The notes below the pieces were generated by a model. It was given only the letters and a program-made list of their open reading frames with translations, did no database searches and was not told the DNA's origin. A program made the position numbers and the translations under genes. A DNA stretch of 64,000 bases from an uncultured Chloroflexia bacterium (lineage in GTDB: Bacteria > Chloroflexota > Limnocylindria > Limnocylindrales > CSP1-4). Of this stretch, positions 1-8,734 are shown piece after piece; position 1 is the first letter of the stretch; each line of letters begins with the position of its first letter. The DNA is taken from the NCBI GenBank assembly GCA_963833225.1, contig CAWHXD010000014.1, positions 32,001 through 96,000 on the forward strand, in the 5' to 3' direction.

Positions 1-151
1 GTCTCGACCCCGGCGCGACCGGACCAACGCCTGGAGCTCGTGCGCCTGGTCGTCCCGCAGGGCATCTCCAAGCAGGCGGTGGTGTTCGGGCAACGGCCCG
101 GATGCCGCGCCCGCGGTCGTCGAGATGCTCGCCGGCCTGGGGGTGATCTGA
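1..151 (+). CDS. etfB: Electron transfer flavoprotein beta subunit, 3' end only (probable indel near 90)
   Basis: Reads ...LELVRLVVPQGISKQAVVFG then, after a frame change, NGPDAAPAVVEMLAGLGVI*, a typical EtfB C-terminus. Lies directly upstream of etfA. Confidence 0.7.
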   Translation, partial: SRPRRDRTNAWSSCAWSSRRASPSRRWCSGNGPDAAPAVVEMLAGLGVI

Positions 152-152
152 G

Positions 153-1116
153 ATGGCCACCGTGCTGGTCCTCGCCACCGTCGCCGACGGCGTCGCCGAC
201 GACGTCAGCCTGCAGTCCCTCACGCTCGCCCGCGGCCTCGCCGCCGGGGGGCCCGTCCATGCCGTCCTGATGGGCGACGAGCCGGCCGCGTCGGGCCTTG
301 GTGCCTACGGGGCGTCCACGGTGCACGTGGCCACCCACGAGGCCCTTGCCGCCGGCGCCCCGGACGCTCGCGCCCGGATCCTCGCCGACCTCGCCGAGCG
401 GCTCGGCGCCGACGTGGTGGTGGGGCCCGGCAACGAGGAGGGCAACACGATCCTGGCCCGTGCCGCCGCGAGGGCTCGGGCAGCCGTTCGCCGCCAACTG
501 CACCCGCGTGACGCTCGGGTCGCCCGCGACGGTCACCCGCGTGCGCTGGGGCGGCAGCCTGATGGAGGAGGCCGCGCTCCATGCCGAGCGCGTGTTCCTG
601 ACCGTCGCGCCGCATTCGGTGGCTGCGGAGGCCTCCGGAGGTGCCGCGACGGTGACGGCCTTCGTCCCGGAGCTTGACGCCGCCGACCTGGTCGTGCGGG
701 TCGCTCGCCGGGTCCCGGCCGCCCAGGGGGGTGTCTCGCTGGCCGAGGCCAAGGTGGTCGTCTCCGGTGGCCGTGGCGTGGGCTCGACCGATGGCTTCGG
801 GCCCATCGAGGAGCTCGCCGGGCTCCTCGGCGCCGCCGTGGGCTGCTCGCGTGCCGTCACGATCTCCGGCTGGCGATCGCACACGGCGCAGGTTGGCCAG
901 ACGGGCACCAAGATCGCCCCCGACCTGTACATCGCCGCCGGCATCAGCGGCGCCACCCAGCACATGGCCGGCTGCAAGGCGAGCAAGAAGATCCTCGCGA
1001 TCAACAAGGATGCCGAGGCACCGATCATGACCATGGCCGACTACGCGGTCATCGGCGATCTCCACCAGGTGGTCCCCGCGATCACCGCGGAGATCCGCCG
1101 GGTGCAGGGAGGCTAG
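153..1116 (+). CDS. etfA: Electron transfer flavoprotein alpha subunit (frameshift near 473)
   Basis: N-terminus is in ORF 153; C-terminus is in ORF 298..1116 with VVSGGRG, GCSRAV, QVGQTG, LYIAAGISGATQH and AINKD motifs. Confidence 0.9.
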
Positions 1117-1120
1117 GGTC

Positions 1121-3223
1121 GTGGATGCCGGGGCGGTCTTCTGGGCCGTCCTGTTCATCGCGGTCCTCGGGGTCTTCCTCGGGTTCTTCTTCCGGCGCGC
1201 GTGGTACCTGTTCAGCCTCGTCCGGGCCGGCCGCCAGTCCGCCGGCCGGAGCAACGCGGTGACCGTGCGGGCCCGGCGAGAGCTGATCGGGGTCCTGTTC
1301 CAGTCCAAGCTCTTCCTGCGCCCCATCCCGGGCGTGATGCATCTGTTCCTGTTCTGGAGCTTCCTGGTCCTCCTGCCGACGATCGTGATGTCGTTCCTGG
1401 GCGCGATGAACCCGGAATGGACGATCCCCTGGCTGGCCGAGCAGGGCTGGTTCGCGCTGATGGTGGACGTGTTCGCGGTGGGCACCCTGCTCGGCGTGAC
1501 GATCGCGTTCACGATCCGCCTCGGCCAGCGCCCGGTCCGGTTCGTGGGCTCGTACCTGCAGGTCGCCTACAACATCCTGCTGTTCGAGACGGCGATCGTG
1601 ATCACGCTGTACCTGTGGCACGGCTCCCGGATCGCGCTCGGCCTCAACGAGTACCCGGCCGAGTGGAGCCCGATCTCGAACGCCGTGGCCGGGGTGCTCG
1701 CCGGCTTGCCCGGCCTGGACGTGTTCGAGCGCGTGGTGGTCTGGATCCACGCGATCCTGATCCTCTCGTTCCTGGTCTACATCCCGTACACCAAGCACCT
1801 CCACACGCTGGTGGTCGCGTTCAACGTCTACTTCGGGCGGACGCGGTCGCGGGGCCGGCTGGAGCCGCTGGAGTTCGAGAACCCGGAGATCCCCGAGGAC
1901 CAGATCCGGTTCGGCGCGGGCACGATCAAGGACCTCACCTGGAAGCAGATGCTCGACGGCATGACCTGCACCGAGTGCGGTCGCTGCCAGGACGTCTGCC
2001 CGGCCTTCTTCACCGGCAAGGACCTGTCTCCCAAGCTGGTCGTCCAGAACATCCGCGACCAGCTGTACCGGGAGGGCCACGCCTGGCTCGCCTCCCGCAA
2101 GCCGGTCGCCGAAGGTGCCACGCCGGTCGTGTTCGACGGCCAGCCGCTGGTGCCCACCGCGGTCAAGGACGAGACCGTCTGGGACTGCGTGACCTGCGGC
2201 GCCTGCGTGCGCGAGTGCCCCGTTGGCATCGAGCACGTCGACCACATCGTCGACCTGCGCCGGAACCTGGTGATGGTGGAGTCCCGGTTCCCGGCCGCCG
2301 GCGCCCAGATGCTCCGGGACCTGGAGCGGACGAACAACCCGTGGGGCGGCGGGCCTGACGAGCGCGTCGACTGGACCGAGGGCCTGGACGTGCGGATTCT
2401 CGACCCGGGCGACCCGGCCCCGGAGGTGCTGTTCTGGGTCGGCTGCGCCCCCGCCTACGACGAGCGTGCGCGGGTGTCGGCCCGGTCCACCGCGAAGCTG
2501 CTCAAGGAGGCCGGCGTCGACTTCGCGATCCTCGGCGCCCGAGAGTGCTGCACGGGCGACCCGGCCCGGCGGATGGGGGACGAGTACACGTTCCAGGCGC
2601 TGGCGAAGCAGAACATCGAGACCTTCGGCGAGGCCGGGATCACGAAGATCGTGACCACCTGCCCGCACTGCTTCAACACGCTCGCCAACGAGTACAAGGA
2701 CTTCGGCGGCGAGTACCAGGTCCTCCACCATACCGAGCTGCTGTCCGAGCTGATCGCCCAGGGCAGGCTCCGACCTCAGCAGGGCGACGAGTCGATCACC
2801 TACCACGACTCCTGCTACCTCGCGCGCCACAACGACATCCGCGAGGCTCCGCGCGCCATCGTGTCCGCGGTCGGCAGACCGCTCGAGATGGCGCGCCGCG
2901 AGGAGCGCACCTTCTGCTGCGGTGCCGGCGGCGCCCACATGTGGCTCGACGAGCGCGGCAACCAGATCAACGAGGAGCGAGCCCGCGAGGCTGCCGCTAC
3001 GGGAGCGACGACGCTCGCGGTGGCCTGCCCGTTCTGCACCGTCATGCTCGACGACGGGATGCAGGCGGTGGGCGGCGGGCTCGCGGTAAAGGACGTGGCC
3101 ACGCTGCTGGTCGAGGCCGTCGAACGCGGGCAGAGGCGTCCCCTTGCCCCCGTCGCGGTTCCCTCGGGCGTGGTCGTCAATGACCCCCCTCTCAGCGGTC
3201 AGGGGGGCAGCCTCGGAAGCTAG
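1121..3223 (+). CDS. Membrane-bound Fe-S oxidoreductase (HdrD/FadF/DgcB-like)
   Basis: N-terminal TM helices, two CxxCxxCxxxCP motifs, and CCG domains (ECCTGD, TCPHC, YHDSC, CCGAGG, ACPFC). Confidence 0.9.
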   Translation: MDAGAVFWAVLFIAVLGVFLGFFFRRAWYLFSLVRAGRQSAGRSNAVTVRARRELIGVLFQSKLFLRPIPGVMHLFLFWSFLVLLPTIVMSFLGAMNPEWTIPWLAEQGWFALMVDVFAVGTLLGVTIAFTIRLGQRPVRFVGSYLQVAYNILLFETAIVITLYLWHGSRIALGLNEYPAEWSPISNAVAGVLAGLPGLDVFERVVVWIHAILILSFLVYIPYTKHLHTLVVAFNVYFGRTRSRGRLEPLEFENPEIPEDQIRFGAGTIKDLTWKQMLDGMTCTECGRCQDVCPAFFTGKDLSPKLVVQNIRDQLYREGHAWLASRKPVAEGATPVVFDGQPLVPTAVKDETVWDCVTCGACVRECPVGIEHVDHIVDLRRNLVMVESRFPAAGAQMLRDLERTNNPWGGGPDERVDWTEGLDVRILDPGDPAPEVLFWVGCAPAYDERARVSARSTAKLLKEAGVDFAILGARECCTGDPARRMGDEYTFQALAKQNIETFGEAGITKIVTTCPHCFNTLANEYKDFGGEYQVLHHTELLSELIAQGRLRPQQGDESITYHDSCYLARHNDIREAPRAIVSAVGRPLEMARREERTFCCGAGGAHMWLDERGNQINEERAREAAATGATTLAVACPFCTVMLDDGMQAVGGGLAVKDVATLLVEAVERGQRRPLAPVAVPSGVVVNDPPLSGQGGSLGS

Positions 3224-3272
3224 GAACACGGTCTCGTCAGACCACCAGTGGACAAGAAGGAGGAGACGCACA

Positions 3273-4625
3273 GTGATCCGTTCTGAAACGAGATCCCGGA
3301 TGGGCGGCCTGGCTGTTGCGCTTGCGCTCGTTGCAGGCGCCTGCAGTGGAGGGGCCGCCACGCCGGCACCGGCGACGCCGGCACCCGCGACGGCCGCACC
3401 CGCGACCACCGCACCCGACGGCTCGGCGGCCACGGGCTGCACCGAGCCGGCGGCCAGCACCCTCAAGATCGGGATCGAGGGTCCGTTCACCGGCCCCAAC
3501 GCGCTCACCGGCGAGGAGATGAAGAACTCCTCGGCCATGGCCTTCGAGGCCATCGGCTGGAAGGTCGGCCCGTACACGATCGAGCCGGTCTACATCGACG
3601 ACCAGTCCGATCCCGCCAAGGGAGCCGCCGCCTACGAGCAGGCCGTGGTCGGCCAGAACATCATCGCCGGCCTCCTCGGCTGGCACAGCTCGGTCGCGGT
3701 CGCCCAGATGGAGATCACCGCGAAGTACAAGATCCCGCACTTCTTCGCGATGGGCGCCACGGGCGTCGTCAACGAGACGTTCAACAGCAACCGCGAGAAG
3801 TACGGCTACTGGACCAGCAAGGGCTGGCCGGATCCGGCCAAGCTGACCATCGGCTACGTCCAGGCCATCGAGGACGCGATCGCTGCCGGGACCTTTACCC
3901 CGGCCGAGAAGAAGGTCGCGATCTACGGCGAGGACACCGACTGGGGCCGCTCGTTCGGCAAGGGCCTCGAAGACCAGCTCAAGGCCGTCGGCTGGACGGT
4001 CGTCAGCGAGGACTTCTTCCCCACGACGCAGACCGACTTCTCGGCCATCGTGTCGCGCTACAAGAACGACAACGTTCCGCTGATCGCCGGCACGACGACC
4101 ATCCCCGCCTCGATCGCCTCGTTCCTCAAGGGCGTTGATGACGCCGGGATCAAGGCGCTCGTGGTGGCCGACGGCCTCGGCTGGATCGGCGACTGGTACA
4201 AGCTCAGCGGCTCGGCCTCCGACTACGTCGTTGACCAGATCCCGCAGTTCGCCTCCGATGCGGCCAAGAAGTTCGCGTCCGACTACGAGGCCAAGTACGG
4301 CAGCAAGCCGAGCCCGTCGGCGGCCGGCCTGTCCTACGACTTCTCCAACTTCTTCATCAAGATCATGAACCAGGCGCTCACCGACTCCTGCGAGATCACG
4401 AGCGAGTCCCTGTACAAGGTGGCCCAGGAGCAGCTCTGGACGGGCCAGCTGACGTACACGGACGGGATCATCATGTCCAACTACGACTACTCGCCCGACT
4501 CGATCCCTGACCCGGTCGTCGGGAAGGGCCACTACATCTTCCCCGCCCTCCAGTACATGGGTGGCGTGCCCACGGTGGTCTGGCCCCCCGAGGTGGCGAA
4601 GGGCGGCATCCAGCAGAAGCCCTGA
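3273..4625 (+). CDS. Liv-family ABC transporter substrate-binding lipoprotein
   Basis: AGGAGG RBS before GTG, lipobox LVAGAC, IGIEGPFTG and DDQSDP motifs; heads an ABC operon. Confidence 0.85.
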   Translation: MIRSETRSRMGGLAVALALVAGACSGGAATPAPATPAPATAAPATTAPDGSAATGCTEPAASTLKIGIEGPFTGPNALTGEEMKNSSAMAFEAIGWKVGPYTIEPVYIDDQSDPAKGAAAYEQAVVGQNIIAGLLGWHSSVAVAQMEITAKYKIPHFFAMGATGVVNETFNSNREKYGYWTSKGWPDPAKLTIGYVQAIEDAIAAGTFTPAEKKVAIYGEDTDWGRSFGKGLEDQLKAVGWTVVSEDFFPTTQTDFSAIVSRYKNDNVPLIAGTTTIPASIASFLKGVDDAGIKALVVADGLGWIGDWYKLSGSASDYVVDQIPQFASDAAKKFASDYEAKYGSKPSPSAAGLSYDFSNFFIKIMNQALTDSCEITSESLYKVAQEQLWTGQLTYTDGIIMSNYDYSPDSIPDPVVGKGHYIFPALQYMGGVPTVVWPPEVAKGGIQQKP

Positions 4626-4654
4626 CCCATCCCCAGAGTCCTGATCCAGCAGCG

Positions 4655-4685
4655 CCGGGGGGTCCGGCTCGCGCCGGCCCCCCGG
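4655..4685 (+). promoter_or_regulatory. Intercistronic stem-loop after the substrate-binding gene
   Basis: ccggggggtccggc-tcgc-gccggccccccgg hairpin with no U-tract; consistent with an mRNA stabiliser or partial terminator. Confidence 0.5.
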
Positions 4686-4705
4686 TCAACCAGGCGATGA
4701 GGCGT

Positions 4706-5434
4706 ATGGCCCTCCTTGAGCTCTCCGGCGTCACCAAGCGGTTCGGCGGTCTGACCGCCGTCGACAACGTCACCTTCTCCGTGGAGGAGGGCGAGATCTT
4801 CGGGCTGATCGGTCCCAACGGGGCCGGCAAGTCCACGTTGCTCAACTGCCTCGCGGGCGCCTCGCGTCCCAATGACGGCACCATCCGGTTTGACGGACGC
4901 GACACCACCGGCCTGCCCGCGGAGCAGATGTGCCGTCTCGGCGTGAGCCGCACGTTCCAGATTCCCCGGCCGTTTCCCGGGATGAGCGTCCTGGACAACG
5001 TCGTCGTGGCCGCCACGTTCGGCGATCCCCACCTGCGCCATGCGGAGGTCGGGACCCGAGCGCTCGAGATGCTGCAGTACGTCGATTTCCCGCGGCCGGT
5101 GGGAACGCAGGCGTCGCATCTGAACGCATCCCAGCTCAAGCGCCTCGACCTGGCGCGCGCGCTGGCCAGCCATCCCAAGCTTCTGCTCCTCGACGAGTTC
5201 GCCGCGGGCCTCACGCCCAGCGAGCTGGTCGACATCGCAGCCCTGCTGCGCCGGATCCGCGCCGATGGCACGACGATCGTGATGGTCGAGCACGTCATGC
5301 GGCTGATCCTCGACCTGTGCGGTCGGCTGTCCGTGCTCCAGTACGGCGAGCTCATCGCGCATGGCGACGCCACGACCGTCGCCCAGGACGAGCGGGTCCG
5401 AGAGGCGTATCTCGGCACCAACTACATGCTCTGA
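4706..5434 (+). CDS. livG: ABC transporter ATP-binding protein, LivG-like
   Basis: KRFGGLTAV, Walker A GPNGAGKS, LLLDE and VEH motifs. Confidence 0.85.
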   Translation: MALLELSGVTKRFGGLTAVDNVTFSVEEGEIFGLIGPNGAGKSTLLNCLAGASRPNDGTIRFDGRDTTGLPAEQMCRLGVSRTFQIPRPFPGMSVLDNVVVAATFGDPHLRHAEVGTRALEMLQYVDFPRPVGTQASHLNASQLKRLDLARALASHPKLLLLDEFAAGLTPSELVDIAALLRRIRADGTTIVMVEHVMRLILDLCGRLSVLQYGELIAHGDATTVAQDERVREAYLGTNYML

Positions 5435-5450
5435 AAGCCCGGAGGGAAGG

Positions 5451-6155
5451 GTGCTCCAACTCACCGGCGTCGAAGCTGGCTACGATCTCCTGCAGGTGCT
5501 GTGGGGGGTCGACCTCCACGTTGAGGAAGGCGAGTTCGTCGCGTTGCTCGGTCCGAACGGCGCGGGCAAGACCACGACGCTCCGGACCATCGCCGGCTTC
5601 CTGTCTCCGATCCGGGGCGGGATCACATTCCGCGGCCAGTCGCTCGACCGCGTGCCACCCGACAAGGTGAGCACCACGGGCATCGGCTACGTGTCCGAGA
5701 ACCTCAACCTGTTCCCATCGATGTCGGTCTACGAGAACCTGCTCGTCGGCGCCCACTCCGTGCGGGACAAGGCACAGATCCAGTCCACCATGAACCTCGT
5801 GTACGAGCTGTTCCCGCGGCTGTTCGAGCGCCGGAACCAGCTCGCGGGGACCCTCAGCGGCGGCGAGCGCAAGATGCTCGCGATCGGTCGCGGCCTGATG
5901 CCGTCACCGTCGCTGCTGCTCGTCGACGAGCCGTCGCTCGGTCTGGCCCCGATGGCGACCCTGACGGCCTTCGAGGCCCTCAAGCAGCTGCACCAGCGCG
6001 GCGTGACGATCCTCCTGGTCGAGCAGAACGTGAACAGCACGCTTCACCTGGTCGATCGCGCCTACGTCCTCGAGCAGGGCCGGATCGTCCTCGAGGGGAC
6101 CGGGGAGCAGTTGTTGAGCGACAGCCACGTCCAGGAAGCCTACCTGGGGATCTGA
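5451..6155 (+). CDS. livF: ABC transporter ATP-binding protein, LivF-like
   Basis: GPNGAGKT, LSGGE, DEPSLGLAP and VEQN motifs. Confidence 0.85.
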   Translation: MLQLTGVEAGYDLLQVLWGVDLHVEEGEFVALLGPNGAGKTTTLRTIAGFLSPIRGGITFRGQSLDRVPPDKVSTTGIGYVSENLNLFPSMSVYENLLVGAHSVRDKAQIQSTMNLVYELFPRLFERRNQLAGTLSGGERKMLAIGRGLMPSPSLLLVDEPSLGLAPMATLTAFEALKQLHQRGVTILLVEQNVNSTLHLVDRAYVLEQGRIVLEGTGEQLLSDSHVQEAYLGI

Positions 6156-6163
6156 GCGTACCC

Positions 6164-7201
6164 ATGACGACCGCAACCAACCTTCGCACCGTCCCGTTCC
6201 TCAAGCGCTTCCTGTCGTTCACGTGGATCGTGATCGGCGTCGTCATCGTGGTCTTGGTGGCGTTCGCGTTCATCCAGCCCTCGATCCTCGTCGACACGCT
6301 CGTCACGGGTGGCATGTGGGCCCTCATGGCCGGCGGCCTGGCGCTCGTGTTCGGGGTGATGAACATCCCCAACTTCGCCCACGGCGAGTTCTTCATGATC
6401 GGATCGCTGACGGCGTTCACGGTCTTCTCCCCGATCCAGGACGCGCTGTTCGAGAACCCCGACTCGGTGATCCTCAAGGTGGCCGGCCCGTTCCCGGGCA
6501 TGGTCGTCGCGGCCGCGGTCGGGTTCGCCTGCGGCGTGATCCTCGAGGTGTTCCTGTTCCGGCCCCTGCGCAAGCGCAGCCGGGACCAGTGGGTGATGAA
6601 CACCTTCCTGCTCACGGCCGGTGTCTCCGTGGTGCTGGTCAACGGCGACCGCCTGCTGTTCGGCAACGACTTCCGCGGCATCACCCGCTACTGGGACGTG
6701 AAGCCGATCGAGATCCTGGGTGTCCCCATCTCCGTTGACCGGGCGATGGTGTTCGTGATCGCCATGGTCATGATCGTCGCGTTCGCGTTCTTCCTCCAGC
6801 GCACGCGGACGGGCCGGGCCATGCGTGCCGTGTCCCAGGACGAGACCGGCGCCCAGATGGCGGGGATCGGCCTCAACCGGATCTTCGTGCTGACGATGGG
6901 TCTTTCCTGCGCGCTCGCGGCCCTTGCCGGGGCGGCCCTGCTGTTCATGTTCCCCTCGTTCCCCGATGTCGGGATCCAGCCGCTGTACCTCGCCTGGTAC
7001 GTGGTCATCCTCGCGGGCCTGGGCAACGTCCAGGGCGCGATCATCGGCGCCTTCATCGTGGCGCTCCTCCAGACGCTGGCCGTGTACTACGTCGGGCTGG
7101 GCTGGGTGGACGTCCTGCCCACGGGGTTCATCATCCTGATCCTGCTGTTCAAGCCCTCGGGCCTGTTCGGCAGTGAAGTGAAAGGCGTGTGGGAGCAGTA
7201 G
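6164..7201 (+). CDS. livH: ABC transporter permease, LivH-like
   Basis: NFAHGEFFMIG, GRAMRAVSQD and GLGNVQGA motifs. Confidence 0.85.
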   Translation: MTTATNLRTVPFLKRFLSFTWIVIGVVIVVLVAFAFIQPSILVDTLVTGGMWALMAGGLALVFGVMNIPNFAHGEFFMIGSLTAFTVFSPIQDALFENPDSVILKVAGPFPGMVVAAAVGFACGVILEVFLFRPLRKRSRDQWVMNTFLLTAGVSVVLVNGDRLLFGNDFRGITRYWDVKPIEILGVPISVDRAMVFVIAMVMIVAFAFFLQRTRTGRAMRAVSQDETGAQMAGIGLNRIFVLTMGLSCALAALAGAALLFMFPSFPDVGIQPLYLAWYVVILAGLGNVQGAIIGAFIVALLQTLAVYYVGLGWVDVLPTGFIILILLFKPSGLFGSEVKGVWEQ

Positions 7202-8232
7202 TGGCCACCGACGGTGCCACCCCGGTGGCGGTCCAGAACCAGGCTCGCATTCGTGCCCGACGCGTGTCGCGACTGGCGTCCCTGGGGGTCGTGGCGTTCG
7301 CCATCGTCCTCCCCTTCATCCCGCCGTTCAACGGCCAGGACTACCAGCGCTGGCTGGTGGGTGCCGCTCTCATGGCCGCCTGGGCGGTCGCCTTCGACTT
7401 CACCGCGGGCTACATCAACATCGTCAACTTCGGGTTCGCCGCCTTCGTGGGGGTTGGCGCGTACACCTCCGGCCTGCTCGCGGCGAACCTGGGGATCTCG
7501 CCCTGGATCGGCATCTTCGTGGGGGCCGGCGTCTCCGGGTTCGTCGGCCTGCTGACGGGCATGCTGACGCTCCGGCTGCGCGGGATCTACGCGGCGGTCA
7601 TGACCTGGTTCGTGGGCCTTGCGCTGATGGGCCTCGCCCGGAACATGACCGAGATCACCCGGGGGTCGCTCGGGCTCAACGTGCCGCTGCTCCTCGACAC
7701 CTCGGACAACCTGCCCTACTACTACGTCATCCTGGGGATGCTGGTCGTCACCGTGGTCGTGCTCACCGCGGTCACCCGCTCGGACCTGGGGCTCGCGTTC
7801 CGGGCGATCGGCATGAACCTCCAGGCTGCGCGCGCGTCGGGCATCAACCCCACCCGCTTCCTGGTCATCAACTTCACGCTGTCGTGCGCGTTCGCGGGCT
7901 GGCTCGGTGGGTTCTACGCCCACTACTACGGCATCCTCACGCCGGACGTGATGCTCACCTCCCACACCGTCGAGGTGCTGGCGGTCGCGTACATCGGCGG
8001 ACGCGGGACCCTGTGGGGTCCGGCCGTCATCGCGTTCCCGCTGACGATCGGCGTCGAGCTCCTGCGCACGCAGTTCTCGAACCTGCCGGGACTCCACCTC
8101 GTGCTCTACGGCCTGGTGCTCATCCTGGTGATGATCTACCGGCCGGGCGGCTTCGCCGGAGTGGTGAAGACCGCGCAGCATTGGGTGACTCAGCGTCGCG
8201 AGCGGCAGGCAGGGGCCGCGCCCGCGGCCTGA
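7201..8232 (+). CDS. livM: ABC transporter permease, LivM-like
   Basis: LRLRGIY and IGGRGTLWGP motifs; multiple TM helices. Confidence 0.85.
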   Translation: MATDGATPVAVQNQARIRARRVSRLASLGVVAFAIVLPFIPPFNGQDYQRWLVGAALMAAWAVAFDFTAGYINIVNFGFAAFVGVGAYTSGLLAANLGISPWIGIFVGAGVSGFVGLLTGMLTLRLRGIYAAVMTWFVGLALMGLARNMTEITRGSLGLNVPLLLDTSDNLPYYYVILGMLVVTVVVLTAVTRSDLGLAFRAIGMNLQAARASGINPTRFLVINFTLSCAFAGWLGGFYAHYYGILTPDVMLTSHTVEVLAVAYIGGRGTLWGPAVIAFPLTIGVELLRTQFSNLPGLHLVLYGLVLILVMIYRPGGFAGVVKTAQHWVTQRRERQAGAAPAA

Positions 8233-8240
8233 TCGGCGTC

Positions 8241-8497
8241 CGCGACGGCGCCTCACCCCCAGGACGGCGCCTCGCGACCGTGACCATGGCGTCGCCACGG
8301 CGGCATGATCTGCGCCCCGCGATGGCGCCCGCGGCCGTGACGGCGCCCCGCGACGGCGACCGTGACGGCGCCTCACCCCCAGGACGGCGCCCCGCGGCGG
8401 CGCCCCGCGGCCGTGACGGCGCCTCACGGCCGTGACGGCGCCTCACCCCCAGGACGGCGCCCCGCGGCGGCGCCCCGCGGCGGCGCCGGCGACCGTG
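8241..8497. repeat. Mosaic tandem repeat built on GACGGCGCC
   Basis: Three copies of gacggcgcctcacccccaggacggcgcc plus shorter ccgcggcggcgccc and ccgtgacggcgcc units. Confidence 0.85.
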
Positions 8498-8498
8498 T

Positions 8499-8639
8499 TT
8501 GCGCCAGATATCGGGCCCTGCGGCTATAGCAGCAGGGCAGGGCCGTCCAGGGGCCTGAATATCACTCTGAACTGATGCAACGGGTCGTTGACCGCGCCGT
8601 GCCCGTGCTTGAAGTGGTCCTGGCCGATATCTGGTGCGA
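8499..8639. repeat. 141-nt long-hairpin element (MITE-like or structured RNA), copy 1
   Basis: Termini TTGCGCCAGATATC...GATATCTGGTGCGA; colinear with 28647-28787. Confidence 0.7.
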
Positions 8640-8734
8640 TGGGATGGGACCCGCTGCCGACCCGGCCGAGAGCCGGTCGGCCTTGCCGTGGGCGCGAGTG
8701 ACCCTCCTGCGCAGCGGAAACGTCTACGCACGCC

